DNA of 64,000 bases from a virus (IMGVR_UViG_3300036971_000112:4536-68535), one strand, 5' to 3'; shown: positions 51,678 through 62,147, counted from the stretch's first letter. Notes: generated by a model not told the origin, from the sequence alone. Numbers and translations are program-made.

Positions 51678-54203
51678 ATGTTAGACCCGAATAAAATTGC
51701 CAAAACCTTAGTCGATCGCCGTAACCTGAAGGAAGTCTTAATCAAGCTGACCCCGATTTTAGCAAAGACCCAACTACTTGGCTTTGACATCGAAACCCAT
51801 GACGCGCTTCGCCATGAAGGTTTAAACCAACTGATGAAGATTGACGATGACGGTAAGAAGTCAGCAGGTTCAAAGTTAATCTTCGACACCAACCGTACAA
51901 CGGTAACTGGCTTCTCGTTCTACCCTGACGGCACCGATGAATCTTATTACTTCAACCTCGCCCACGCTGATGCCGAGAACTGTATTAGCTTCGACGAAGT
52001 ACGTCACCTCCTTGATAGCTATACTGGTTATTACATCATCCACAACGCGCCGTTTGAGATTGTGATGTTGGAGAAGGGCTTAAATACCAAATGGAAGCTT
52101 CCTCACGGCAAGGTGATTGACACGCTGATTCTATGCGTCACCGCGTATAACTCCGACACCTACACGAAGTCGGAGTTTGCCAAACGCCAACTGACTGGCT
52201 TGTACAAACTAATACCTGACATCATGGTCGCTTATGGTAGCGGCGACGTTGAACGGCAAGAGGACTTGGTGAACAAGTTCTGTGCCAAAGAAAGTGATGC
52301 AGCTCACTCATACAATGGCTTCGTCAAAGAATTTGCGTGGGGTTTTAACCTCAAGAAAGCCAGCAAGCATTGGCTTAATTACACCCAAACAACCTTTGAG
52401 GAAGTCTTACAAGGTCGAGGCCATATGGGTCAGATTACAGGGGCTGAGGTCGTCAACTACGGGGCTGACGATGCGATTACCTGTGTGGGTATTTACCATG
52501 AAGTCATGGCGTGGCTGATGCAAGAGAACCCTAACGCGATTAAGACCTTCTTTAACCAAGAGAACCCTTGCTGCTGGGTTTATGCTCAGATGAACGCAAG
52601 CGGGATGCGTGTTGACGTTGACGCAATCTATCGCGCTCAAGATTCTCAGCGTATCGAGTACGCTGTTGGTTTGCGTAAGATGAAAACTATTCTTGCCGAA
52701 GCGTTAAGCACTGTTTGGACAGGTGAGCCGAGTCAACAACTCCTTAAATATGAGAAGTGGTATGAGAAAGGCCGCGACCGTTATCTCAGTCTGATTAAAC
52801 AGTTCGTTGCGTTACCTGATAACTTATCAGATTATGACCTTGTTAACTTTGGCGTTCGCTCCCCTGTAGGTAAAGGCTGGAGTGGTGAGGAGGCTAATGC
52901 TGTAAACCTCAGCCATTACATGCCCATGCGTGTCATCTTGTTTGAAATCTTCGGTTTAAAGGCGATGGTTGAGGCACGTAAGATTCAGTCTGACGGTGAG
53001 GCGCGTGACAAGTTACGGGCGAAGGCTGAGGAGAGCGGGAACAAATTGGTGGTGGAGTTGATGGATTGCTATAAAACAATGGGGGAGATTGAGGGTTCGC
53101 TCAAGCTTTATATCAACAACTATCTCAAAATGGTCGATCCCGACACTGGAAAACTTTATCCAAGTATCAGTTCTATCTTAGACACACGGCGTACTTCTAC
53201 CTCAAACCCTTCACCGCAACAGCTTACAAAGTTCGGCAGCAGTAAATTTGTTCGCTCGTTCTTTTTGCCTGACGACGATAACTCAATTATCGTCGCACCT
53301 GATTTTAGTGCTATTGAGCTTCTGATAATAGGGGGCTACTCCAACGATGCTGCCTTCCTTCGCGCTTACGGTCAACGGCCTCATGCTGACTTACACAGCC
53401 AAACGGCTGCTTTTATGACAGGACTGAGCTTAGAAGACTTTAATAAGCTGCCAAATAAGAAACAACTGCGGAACGAAATCGGCAAACCTAGCGGGTTTGG
53501 GTATTTCTATTCTGGGTCTTTGAGTACGGTAGGTAAGCCTTTAGGCTGGGAAAAGGAAAAAATCTGGGAAATGACTGAACTATTTCGTGAAGGCTATGCC
53601 GAAGCTGAACAATGGCGTTTAGATACCATAGCGGAAGCAAAGCAACGCGGCTATGTCGAACTCCCTGACCATCTTCGTCGGTATCGTTTTGAGTCAACCC
53701 CAACGTGGGCACAGTTGATGCAAAATAAATTTGAGAAACTAGGTGTTAATGAGTTTGGTAAACAGTGTATTAGACGAATCCAAGCTCGTAGCTCAAACAT
53801 GGCTGTTAACGCGCTGGTTCAAGGGCTTTGCGCCACCTACGCCAAGCGTAAACTCTATCGCGCCATGTTCACAGACTTCCCACGTTTGGGTTTACGAGCA
53901 AGAGTGATGACCTTGATTCACGATGAATTAGTTGTCTCCGTTCACCGTGACGACGTTATGAAGGCCAAAGACTACCTTTATGAGTTAATGATTGACAGTG
54001 AAGGTATCTTTGACAATGTGATGATTGACTCCAGCATGGCGATGGGTCGCAATTACTTGGCTTTCAATGCCGAAAAGAATCCTAAAGGCTTGGTAGAGCT
54101 GATGGAGATTGACAAGGAACTGCCTTGTATCCCTAAAGAGCGTTGGGGTCAAAGAGCTACCGATAATGAAACTGGCTTAATCCTTGATTACCTTTTCAGT
54201 TAG
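51678..54203 (+). CDS. polA: family A DNA polymerase with 3'-5' exonuclease
   Basis: FDIET, HNAPFE, YGADD; TRRTSTSNPSPQQL, motif A PDFSAIE, motif B K..GFGYFYS, motif C IHDEL. Confidence 0.92.
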   Translation: MLDPNKIAKTLVDRRNLKEVLIKLTPILAKTQLLGFDIETHDALRHEGLNQLMKIDDDGKKSAGSKLIFDTNRTTVTGFSFYPDGTDESYYFNLAHADAENCISFDEVRHLLDSYTGYYIIHNAPFEIVMLEKGLNTKWKLPHGKVIDTLILCVTAYNSDTYTKSEFAKRQLTGLYKLIPDIMVAYGSGDVERQEDLVNKFCAKESDAAHSYNGFVKEFAWGFNLKKASKHWLNYTQTTFEEVLQGRGHMGQITGAEVVNYGADDAITCVGIYHEVMAWLMQENPNAIKTFFNQENPCCWVYAQMNASGMRVDVDAIYRAQDSQRIEYAVGLRKMKTILAEALSTVWTGEPSQQLLKYEKWYEKGRDRYLSLIKQFVALPDNLSDYDLVNFGVRSPVGKGWSGEEANAVNLSHYMPMRVILFEIFGLKAMVEARKIQSDGEARDKLRAKAEESGNKLVVELMDCYKTMGEIEGSLKLYINNYLKMVDPDTGKLYPSISSILDTRRTSTSNPSPQQLTKFGSSKFVRSFFLPDDDNSIIVAPDFSAIELLIIGGYSNDAAFLRAYGQRPHADLHSQTAAFMTGLSLEDFNKLPNKKQLRNEIGKPSGFGYFYSGSLSTVGKPLGWEKEKIWEMTELFREGYAEAEQWRLDTIAEAKQRGYVELPDHLRRYRFESTPTWAQLMQNKFEKLGVNEFGKQCIRRIQARSSNMAVNALVQGLCATYAKRKLYRAMFTDFPRLGLRARVMTLIHDELVVSVHRDDVMKAKDYLYELMIDSEGIFDNVMIDSSMAMGRNYLAFNAEKNPKGLVELMEIDKELPCIPKERWGQRATDNETGLILDYLFS

Positions 54204-54370
54204 GTTTACAATTCTCTACATCTAGTGAGTAGCGTGACAGCAAAGCATTAGATATTATTAAACGTATGAGAAAGCCGTTTTGTTTTTAGCTTGTTGGGTT
54301 TACGTTTAGACCCTCTGTCACCAAGCGAAGAAAACTAAAGCGGCTTTTTCATTTTTGAGATTTGAGAACT
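54184..54370 (+). promoter_or_regulatory. promoter plus two-hairpin CI/C4-like leader of the rha gene
   Basis: TTGATT-17-TACAAT (54184-54212); same architecture as 41098-41278 with compensatory changes. Confidence 0.75.
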
Positions 54371-55030
54371 ATGAAAGATTTACTAAGCAGCACCGTAATG
54401 AGTTCCCTTGAGATTGCTGAACTCACAGGTAAGCGTCACGATCACGTTATGTTTGACATTCGCAAGATGCTTGAGGAACTAGGAAATCTCACTCCCGACT
54501 TTTCGGGAGTGAGAAAAGTTCGAGGTAAAGAGTACGAGTGCTTTAATCTACCTAAGCGCGAAACTTTAATTTTAGTCTCAGGTTATAGTACCGAACTTAG
54601 AGCTAAGATTATCGACCGTTGGCAGTTACTTGAGGAGAACTTAGTTTGCGAGCAAGAGCGAATCTTCGCCCGTCAACAGGCTCGCTTGGAAGCCCCACTG
54701 ATGAGCAAGGCTTTACAGGAAGCGCGTACACGGTTAGGGAAGGAATCGCCAAGCCATGTTTACTCAAACGACTTCGATATGATTAACCGCATTGTCTTAG
54801 GCTACCCAGCGAAGAAGTTTAAGGAGTTACAAGGTTTAGATAAGGAAGCAAGCCTGAGAGACGCTTTAACGCCTGAGCAAATCAAAGCCGTTCAAGCCTT
54901 ACAGAACTTAAACCAACTGCTTCACGAGCTTGACATGAGCTTTGAAGATCGAAAAGTTAAGCTTACCACCATCTTCATGAGAAACCACAACGCAGCACTC
55001 GTGGCTGAAGTCTTGAAGTTAAACGCTTAG
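54371..55030 (+). CDS. Rha-family regulatory protein
   Basis: [53 protein letters not shown]. Confidence 0.85.
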   Translation: MKDLLSSTVMSSLEIAELTGKRHDHVMFDIRKMLEELGNLTPDFSGVRKVRGKEYECFNLPKRETLILVSGYSTELRAKIIDRWQLLEENLVCEQERIFARQQARLEAPLMSKALQEARTRLGKESPSHVYSNDFDMINRIVLGYPAKKFKELQGLDKEASLRDALTPEQIKAVQALQNLNQLLHELDMSFEDRKVKLTTIFMRNHNAALVAEVLKLNA

Positions 55031-55071
55031 ATTGTGGTAAACTTGTACCCTAAGACTCTTAGGGTACACTT

Positions 55072-55446
55072 ATGGCTGCCATCACCGACTTTTCCAAACA
55101 CCTAATGTTAAGTGCTTTGCTTACAGCAACTAGAAACCTAAGCACGTTAAAGCATCGGGCTGTTCCTTTACATAATGGGGTTTTAATTGACCCTGCTGTT
55201 TATCTTGGTGCCGATGCCCGAGTCTTTGGCCTCCATGTGTATGGCCATAACCCCCCTGCGGTAACGAACACTGAAGTCATTCAATGGACAGCAATTAACA
55301 ACTGGCCAACAATCACTGAGATTGCTATTCTAAACGCTGGTAGTCAGGACGTGCTTGTCAGAGCAACCCTTCCTTCCCCGTACACAATGACGGCTGGCAG
55401 TATCTTCACTGTGCCAATTAACTCGTGGGAGATCGCCCTTGTTTAG
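55072..55446 (+). CDS. minor tail protein
   Basis: 124 aa at the head of the tail-tip cluster. Confidence 0.5.
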   Translation: MAAITDFSKHLMLSALLTATRNLSTLKHRAVPLHNGVLIDPAVYLGADARVFGLHVYGHNPPAVTNTEVIQWTAINNWPTITEIAILNAGSQDVLVRATLPSPYTMTAGSIFTVPINSWEIALV

Positions 55447-56299
55447 CTCACTAGCGAAGTCTCATGTCAGGTTGAACTACCTACAAAATCTTGACCTGTC
55501 TCTGTTTACGGTTGAGACGGAGTATCAGGAGTTTGCGGCCAACACGTCTTTCAGTGACAGCTATTCTTTCGCGCTCTCCACAAAAGTTCCAAGTGTCCGA
55601 ACCTTCATACTCAAAATCCCTGTCCTGCGTTATTACTTCGACTCCTTTGGCGGCATTGATATTACCGTTAACAAAGACACGAACATGGCTTGGGTAGAGT
55701 GGATGTACAACGTACATAAACTACACAAACCGTTTCTGTTTACGCACCCTGTTTATGGTGTCGTGAAGGTGAGATTCAAAGAGGCATTGAGAGTACCTAA
55801 GGGTGTAGCAGGTGGCCAAGCTTGTGTTGAAGCTTTAGAACTACAGTTGGTTGAGACTTCAAACCCTAGACCGCTCGCTAATTTCACACCTCAATACACC
55901 GACCTGCTCTTTGACTTCCCCTATCACTTGGTCAGTACCGAGTATAAGCCCGAAGGCTTGGCAGTGCCGTTAGGCGGCAACTATGCCTACACCGTGGCAG
56001 GCAATAAGCCTGAACAGAGAAAGTTCACGCTTTACTTCAAAGGTTTTAGGTATATCCAAGATGGGTTGAATCTTCGCACCGATGAAGACGCGCAACTGAA
56101 CATGGCTCGGCTTGAAATGTTTTACAACTTACACAAACTAGACAAACCTTTTGACTATAACCATCCTGTTTTTGGTATGACTAAGGTAAGATTTGACCAA
56201 CCGTTAAAAGTTCCCGCAGGTCTGCAAAACAGTAACTGGACTGGCGACTTACAGCTTAATTTAATTGAGGTAGTCACTGATGCTTCCCGTTACTCCTAA
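55439..56299 (+). CDS. distal tail protein with two tandem gpM-like domains
   Basis: Internal duplication HKLHKPFLFTHPVYG..KVRF / HKLDKPFDYNHPVFG..KVRF. Confidence 0.65.
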   Translation: MFSSLAKSHVRLNYLQNLDLSLFTVETEYQEFAANTSFSDSYSFALSTKVPSVRTFILKIPVLRYYFDSFGGIDITVNKDTNMAWVEWMYNVHKLHKPFLFTHPVYGVVKVRFKEALRVPKGVAGGQACVEALELQLVETSNPRPLANFTPQYTDLLFDFPYHLVSTEYKPEGLAVPLGGNYAYTVAGNKPEQRKFTLYFKGFRYIQDGLNLRTDEDAQLNMARLEMFYNLHKLDKPFDYNHPVFGMTKVRFDQPLKVPAGLQNSNWTGDLQLNLIEVVTDASRYS

Positions 56300-56774
56300 C
56301 CCTACAGAACACCTTGCCGAAGCCCGAAAACTTAATCCAAACCCGTATGTCGAGCTGTTTGAGATTAAGATTCAACAAGATGTTTATATCTGGTGTACTT
56401 CCCACCCAGATGTTAGGTGGAAAGGCCAGCTTTGGGCAAATTACCCCTTAACCTTTAGTGGGTACAACGTGCAGTCAACAGGTGAGCAATCTCGGCCTAA
56501 GCTTCAGATAGCAAACCCAAACGCTATCTTTTCAAGTTTCGTCGCCAAAGATCAGCTAAAGAAAGCCACTGTGACCCGCTACATGGTTTTCAGAGACGAC
56601 TTGGTAAATGATGTCCGAGTTTACATTAGAAACAAATGGCAGATAAGCCGAGTGGCGACTTTAACCAAAGATAGTATCACCTTTGAGTTGAGAAGTATCT
56701 TGGATGGTGTTCGCTATACTTTGCCAGCACGTCAATACTTGCCACCAGATTTTCCTTCTACAACTATGAGCTAA
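56280..56774 (+). CDS. gpL-like minor tail protein
   Basis: YVELFEI, W.G..W..YP..FSG...S.G..RPKL.IAN motifs. Confidence 0.75.
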   Translation: MLPVTPNPTEHLAEARKLNPNPYVELFEIKIQQDVYIWCTSHPDVRWKGQLWANYPLTFSGYNVQSTGEQSRPKLQIANPNAIFSSFVAKDQLKKATVTRYMVFRDDLVNDVRVYIRNKWQISRVATLTKDSITFELRSILDGVRYTLPARQYLPPDFPSTTMS

Positions 56775-56778
56775 AGCC

Positions 56779-57258
56779 ATGCAAGTCAACGAACTCATCA
56801 ACCTACCCTACACGGACGGCGATCAGGACTGTTATGGTCTAGTTCGCCAATACTACTTAAAAGAGTACGGCATCCAACTACGGAACTATGCTCGCCCAAT
56901 CGGTTTTGACCATGAAGGCTTAGACTTAATTGCTGACAATTTTCGTAAAGAAGGGTTTGAAACATTACCTACCTTCAGCCAACATAGCTTGGAGAAGGGT
57001 GACGGTATCTTGCTAAGAATCGCTGGCGGCAAAGCTATCAACCATGTTGGTGTTTACTTGGGTAAAGGTTACTTCCTACATCACTTGTACGGTAAACTTT
57101 CTGAGGTGAGTTACTTCGACCCACGGTGGTTTGCACGAACTGTATTTGTAGTGCGTCACCCCGATATTCGTGAAGCCAACTGTAAGGCAACTAAAGAAGT
57201 TAACCTGCTTGACCTGCTGCCCCCGCACTTAAAAGAGAGAATGGGTTATGGACTCTAA
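56779..57258 (+). CDS. NlpC/P60 tail-tip protein (gpK C-terminal-like)
   Basis: DCYGLV, NHVGVY, FLHH catalytic motifs. Confidence 0.85.
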   Translation: MQVNELINLPYTDGDQDCYGLVRQYYLKEYGIQLRNYARPIGFDHEGLDLIADNFRKEGFETLPTFSQHSLEKGDGILLRIAGGKAINHVGVYLGKGYFLHHLYGKLSEVSYFDPRWFARTVFVVRHPDIREANCKATKEVNLLDLLPPHLKERMGYGL

Positions 57259-57565
57259 ATTACTGCCCTTCTGGAACAGCCACCAAGAACGCTGCGGCTA
57301 TGTTGACCTTAACAACAATGTTTTTGAATTACCCAACATTCACGAAGACAAGAAGAACGGGTTTGAGCTTGCAGAAATCCCGCCTGAGGCTGTAGCCCTA
57401 TGGCACACTCACCCGTCTGGCTGTCCTAACTTGTCGATTGAAGACTTCCACTTATTTAATAGTCTGCCTCACCTACTGCATATCATTGTCGGCATCCGTG
57501 AAATCGCTTACTATTTCGTGGACACTGACGGTTCGTTATTAAGAAAGGAGGGCAGTCGTGTATAA
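57248..57565 (+). CDS. JAB/Mov34 tail-tip protein (gpK N-terminal-like)
   Basis: ERCG, WHTHP, LS.ED motifs. Confidence 0.8.
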   Translation: MDSKLLPFWNSHQERCGYVDLNNNVFELPNIHEDKKNGFELAEIPPEAVALWHTHPSGCPNLSIEDFHLFNSLPHLLHIIVGIREIAYYFVDTDGSLLRKEGSRV

Positions 57566-58100
57566 AGTTACCTTAGGTTCATTGAGCTTAGACATCACCG
57601 CTAATACTCCGCGTGAGGCTCTGTCGATTTTCCAGAGCCACCTACCTCAAGACGTTCGACAAATTGTCCAAGTCAGTGGTATTCACTGTGCTGCTGACTT
57701 AGATGACGTGCGCGAGAGCGGTATTTTAGACATCACACCTAAGTATTTTGGAGCAGGCGGAGGTAGTGAAAAAGGCAGTTGGCTTCAAATCGGTTTAGGT
57801 GTCCTATTGATTATAACCGCACCATACCTGTCAGGAGCTATAGGAACTGCTTTTGGGGGAATAGCTAAAGGGACAATCGCCACCTTCGGTTTCCAGCTCG
57901 CGTTAGGCGGGGCAGTCGCGCTCTTAAATAAAGCACCTAAGGCTGATCCAACGTCAGGCGATAAGAAGAGTCGCTTCATTAACGGTAATGCCAATACCAT
58001 TAAAGAGGGAACACCTATCCCCCTAATTTATGGCCTACAGAAAGTTTACCTACATTTCCTATCCTTCGACCTAGACTCGAAAGACTATAATCCAGCCTGA
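57558..58100 (+). CDS. gpI-like tail assembly protein
   Basis: GAGGG..KG.W.QIGLG.LLI, hydrophobic Gly-rich segment, GTPIPLIYG. Confidence 0.8.
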   Translation: MYKVTLGSLSLDITANTPREALSIFQSHLPQDVRQIVQVSGIHCAADLDDVRESGILDITPKYFGAGGGSEKGSWLQIGLGVLLIITAPYLSGAIGTAFGGIAKGTIATFGFQLALGGAVALLNKAPKADPTSGDKKSRFINGNANTIKEGTPIPLIYGLQKVYLHFLSFDLDSKDYNPA

Positions 58101-58110
58101 GCCTAAACTT

Positions 58111-61100
58111 ATGACTACGACAAAATTACTAAGGCTACGTGGCGCAGGCGGAAAGAAGCCTAAGAACCCAACCTATACAAACGATAACCTGTTTTCGGAA
58201 GACAGTATCGAACTCCTACTTGGTGTAGGAGAAGGGCCGATTAAAGGTTTAGAAAATGGAGCTAAAAGCTTCTTTGTTGGAGATGTACCCCTTGAACGTG
58301 TAGAGGGTGCGTCAACAATTAAGAATTTTGCCAACCTAATTATTAACCCTAATGCTCTAAACGATACAGGACAAGGGGTGGATTACCACAATGGTTTTCC
58401 CGAAGGAATAGCCCACGATGTAGTCTTTCAGAAAGGAGGAACTTCCGCCTCTGTCGAGGTAGGGACACGGGTTCTTTATTCCACTCCTGTTATTCGCTAC
58501 ACCCCAAGCAACATGCGTGGGCGTATCAAGAAGTTAGAAGTTCGAGTTAATATCGCGCAATTGGGTATTGAGGACAGCAATGGGACTCGCAACAACACAG
58601 CAAAGTTCCGTATCGAATATAAAACAAGCGACCCAAACTCTCTCTGGACGATTTTAGATGCTGCCTACAGTTTTCCTTTACTTCCAGCAGCTAAATCCTT
58701 AGCCGTTGTTTCCAGCTCACGCGAAGGGGAAAACGAATACCAATTGGAGGGTAAGACAGGCTCAGGTTTTATTATTGATTTCACTATCCCTGCTAACCCT
58801 CTTGCGACTTTACCCCCTCAGTTTGAGCAAGACTGGATGATCCGAGTCACAAAAAATAGTCCTGACTATTTAGATGGGGGTAGTGCGACGAAAGAGATCG
58901 CTGAAATTATCTTTGATAGTTTTCAGATGATTGGAGATGCAAGGATGGATTTCCCCAACACAGCCGTTATCCATGTTCTTGGCACAGCCTCAGATCAATT
59001 CAGTAGTCTCCCTGATTTCTACGGTATCTATAAGGGTTTGATAACCCCAGTACCTGTTGGCTACGACACCACACGAGCTGACCCCCATGAGTTTGTTACT
59101 TGGACAGGCGCACTCGAAAACAAGTACCACAGTAACCCTGCTTGGGTTCTCTATGACCTGCTCAATAATGAGCGTTATGGCTACCGTAAATACGTTAGTG
59201 ACCTTAACCTAAACAAGCAGGATTTTTATGAGGCAGGCATTTGGTGTGACTCCCAAGTCTTAGGAGATAACCTCCAATCTGAACGTCGATACACCATGAA
59301 CATCACGATTGCTGAAAACCAAAATGCTTGGGACTACCTACAAAATATCGCAGGCGCATTTGACGGCATTCTTTACGATGACGGCGAAGGCACTGTGCGG
59401 CTCAAAGTAGACAAATGGGTAGAGCCTAAAATTATCTTCACACCTGAGACAATCAACGCTGAAGGCTTCGCTTACAGTTTTACCGATGTGGCAACGCAGT
59501 ATAACGAGTTAACGGTCAGCTATGTAAACCCTGCGAGAGGCTGGGAAGAATCTCGTACTGTTGTGAGTTACGGAAAATCTGATGCTTCAATAGATAACGG
59601 CCAAGCTGTTAACGGAGTGATCCCCTTAGACTTCGTTGCTGTTGGCTGCATCACGGAGAGCGAGGCAAAACGCCGTGGGCGTGTAAGGGCTTTGACAGCG
59701 AGTACCGAAAATACACTCATTAACTTTACAACAACAAGATTGGGTTTAGCTTTAGACCCACTTGAGATTTTCTATGTGGCTGACCCTTACATGGACTGGG
59801 GGCAAACAGGCCGAGCTGAAGTAATCTCAGGCCGTAATATCTATCTTCGGGATGAGTTACCGTGGACTGTTACCGATCTCAGTGTCCCTTATCAAATGCG
59901 TATTCAGACTCTCTCTGATGTGCTTTTGTGTGATGTACTGTTACTATCACCGACAAGCCTTTTGGTTATTGACCCCATAAGTTCAGGAGCTGTTGCTGCC
60001 TCTGTTTTTGACAATGCTCACTTTGCTGAGTTCCCTGTATTCGTTCTATCAGGAGGCCGTATTCACTACGGGCAACCTAAACCTTTCCGCGCCACCACGT
60101 TGGAGCCGACAAACAACTATAACCTATTCAACATCTCAGGTTTAGAAGTGAACCCTCGGAAGTTCGATATTATTGGGGACGGGGTTAACATCAGCCTTTC
60201 AATTATTGGTGATCGACTCTCAGGCTTAAATCTTCGCTCTTATTTTAGAGACACTTACATCGCCCCTGAGAACAAGTTCCAAACCGTTACAATTGTACTA
60301 GACGGTACTCAGCAAGCCATTACAAGTGATTTTTTACTTATCACAGCGGCTGACGTGAATAGCTATGCTTTAATGGTAGGGGACTGGAGTGACATTTTAC
60401 CCCCTATGGTCAAACCAAAACTGGTAATTAAGGGGAACGTCAAGATTCTAGGCCGTGGCGGCAAAGGCGGTGATGGTGGAGCTTTGATGGGGATTGACAC
60501 TCAAGGCGGTGGATTAGCCAGCTTTACTTTACCACCTGATTATGGTTTCCCTACTGGCTCTCTAAGCGTAATGGGTGGTCAAGCAGGTCAAAACGGTGGC
60601 CCTGCGGCTAACTTTGAAAGTTTACTCGATCTTGAAATACAGGTAGGGGCTACTTTAGAAATAAGCGGCGGCTACGGCGGCGGCTACGGCGGCGACGGCT
60701 GTTATGTAGCTGTACCTGCCTACTTAACAGGGTTTGGTATTAGAGCCTCAGCTAGTCGGGAGCTGTCCATTTTCCGTCTTTGTGGTGCAGGAGGCAGCGG
60801 TGGCCGCCCATTTGGAGCAGCAGGAGCAGCAGGAGCAACCAACTATGGGGTGTCTTCTGGAACAGTGGGTTTGAAAGGGACTGGAGGCATCTGTCCTGAT
60901 CGACAACTCCACCCTGTAGTTCAAACAGGGTTATTAGTTAAGGATGGTGAAGGCCATGATGGTTTACCTGTAGCTGATACAAATGATCCTAGTCCTGAGT
61001 TTGTTATAAACCCAACTAACGGCCATACAAACCTTTATACTTACGCGGGTTCTCGCGTTAACGGTTCACAGGGCGTGGCAATCACAAACTACGGTAACGT

Positions 61101-61140
61101 AAATATCACAGGCTCAGGCCGCCTTATTATCACACCTTAA
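58111..61140 (+). CDS. gpJ-like central tail fibre / tip attachment protein
   Basis: GAGGKKP, LLGVGEGPIKGL, YHSNPAWVLYDLL..RYG, FVAVGC..ESEA.R.GR; Gly-rich C-terminal domain. Confidence 0.85.
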   Translation: MTTTKLLRLRGAGGKKPKNPTYTNDNLFSEDSIELLLGVGEGPIKGLENGAKSFFVGDVPLERVEGASTIKNFANLIINPNALNDTGQGVDYHNGFPEGIAHDVVFQKGGTSASVEVGTRVLYSTPVIRYTPSNMRGRIKKLEVRVNIAQLGIEDSNGTRNNTAKFRIEYKTSDPNSLWTILDAAYSFPLLPAAKSLAVVSSSREGENEYQLEGKTGSGFIIDFTIPANPLATLPPQFEQDWMIRVTKNSPDYLDGGSATKEIAEIIFDSFQMIGDARMDFPNTAVIHVLGTASDQFSSLPDFYGIYKGLITPVPVGYDTTRADPHEFVTWTGALENKYHSNPAWVLYDLLNNERYGYRKYVSDLNLNKQDFYEAGIWCDSQVLGDNLQSERRYTMNITIAENQNAWDYLQNIAGAFDGILYDDGEGTVRLKVDKWVEPKIIFTPETINAEGFAYSFTDVATQYNELTVSYVNPARGWEESRTVVSYGKSDASIDNGQAVNGVIPLDFVAVGCITESEAKRRGRVRALTASTENTLINFTTTRLGLALDPLEIFYVADPYMDWGQTGRAEVISGRNIYLRDELPWTVTDLSVPYQMRIQTLSDVLLCDVLLLSPTSLLVIDPISSGAVAASVFDNAHFAEFPVFVLSGGRIHYGQPKPFRATTLEPTNNYNLFNISGLEVNPRKFDIIGDGVNISLSIIGDRLSGLNLRSYFRDTYIAPENKFQTVTIVLDGTQQAITSDFLLITAADVNSYALMVGDWSDILPPMVKPKLVIKGNVKILGRGGKGGDGGALMGIDTQGGGLASFTLPPDYGFPTGSLSVMGGQAGQNGGPAANFESLLDLEIQVGATLEISGGYGGGYGGDGCYVAVPAYLTGFGIRASASRELSIFRLCGAGGSGGRPFGAAGAAGATNYGVSSGTVGLKGTGGICPDRQLHPVVQTGLLVKDGEGHDGLPVADTNDPSPEFVINPTNGHTNLYTYAGSRVNGSQGVAITNYGNVNITGSGRLIITP

Positions 61141-61151
61141 AGGAAACCCTT

Positions 61152-62147
61152 ATGACTCTCATGGTAGGAAAAGTTTATAGCGACGCGGGAACGCCAAGCA
61201 ACGCAGTTGGCGATCAAGGCGACATCTTTATGCAGCTTGATGGTTTGAAAACAACCTACCGCAAGGAAGGTGGAGCGTGGACACCTATTGGCAACCAGCT
61301 CGGTACAATCCCTGAGTTTCTAAAAGGGCCCGGTGTGCCAAGTAATGCGGTCGGCGAAGACGGCCAGTATTATCGGGAAGTAAACACGGAAGCGATTTAC
61401 CAAAAAGACGCAGGAGCTTGGTCAAACATTGGATCGTGGACTTCCCTCGGAATTCAGCAATCACTACTGAGTAACGGTATCGGTGCTGATTTAGCGGTGA
61501 CGAATCACGTTTCAAATATCGACACGTTCATTGAAGCGGGTGCAGAAGGGTACTACGACGGTACGACAACTGGCACGAAACCTAGCACCTATGGGCTAGT
61601 AAAAGCGCGGCGGGAAAATACTACCTATATTTATCAAGAGGTTCATACCTCAGATAACCAGTGGGTTACACGCTACAGTTTGAATGGGGGGACTACATGG
61701 ACTGCGTGGCGTGTTACGGCCAGTCAGGATGGAGATAATACTCGTAGATTTAAAGCCTTAGCGGGTGTGGCTTCCGACGATGTTGCGGTGGTGAGTCAGA
61801 TACCTACTATTCCTAACCCACCTGTTTTAGGTATAAAGTATTTTGGTGTACTTAACATCAACGGGGCTTCGATAACATTTGTTCGTCAATTCAATTTAGC
61901 CTCTTTTATAAGAAGTGCGGCAGGGGCTTACGAGGTTACTTTTGCAGGGGTAGGTTTAACGGGTACGGATTACTTAGTGCTTGTCCACGCGAAATCCAAC
62001 TCAGGTGACCCCTACAATGTTGGTCAGACTGTGCAGATTGCTAGAGTGACTAAGAAGTCCACGACAGGCTTCAAAGTGGTATGTGGGGATAACAACACAG
62101 ACATAAATTCCGATTGCCAAGAGTTAACTTTTATCGTTTGGGATTAA
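61152..62147 (+). CDS. tail fibre protein
   Basis: Two N-terminal G.PS..G..G..Y....Y.K..G.W repeats, knob-like TRYS.NGGTTWTAWR segment. Confidence 0.7.
   Translation: MTLMVGKVYSDAGTPSNAVGDQGDIFMQLDGLKTTYRKEGGAWTPIGNQLGTIPEFLKGPGVPSNAVGEDGQYYREVNTEAIYQKDAGAWSNIGSWTSLGIQQSLLSNGIGADLAVTNHVSNIDTFIEAGAEGYYDGTTTGTKPSTYGLVKARRENTTYIYQEVHTSDNQWVTRYSLNGGTTWTAWRVTASQDGDNTRRFKALAGVASDDVAVVSQIPTIPNPPVLGIKYFGVLNINGASITFVRQFNLASFIRSAAGAYEVTFAGVGLTGTDYLVLVHAKSNSGDPYNVGQTVQIARVTKKSTTGFKVVCGDNNTDINSDCQELTFIVWD

Noticed and set aside
157-54203. 2-aminoadenine (Z) or other modified-base genome suggested by MazG plus divergent PolA
   Set aside because: No purZ, datZ or other modification enzyme is recognisable in the window; cannot be excluded for the rest of the genome.
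28904-54203. Introns or inteins in terL, MCP or polA
   Set aside because: The ORFs are uninterrupted and of ordinary length; both HNH genes are free-standing.
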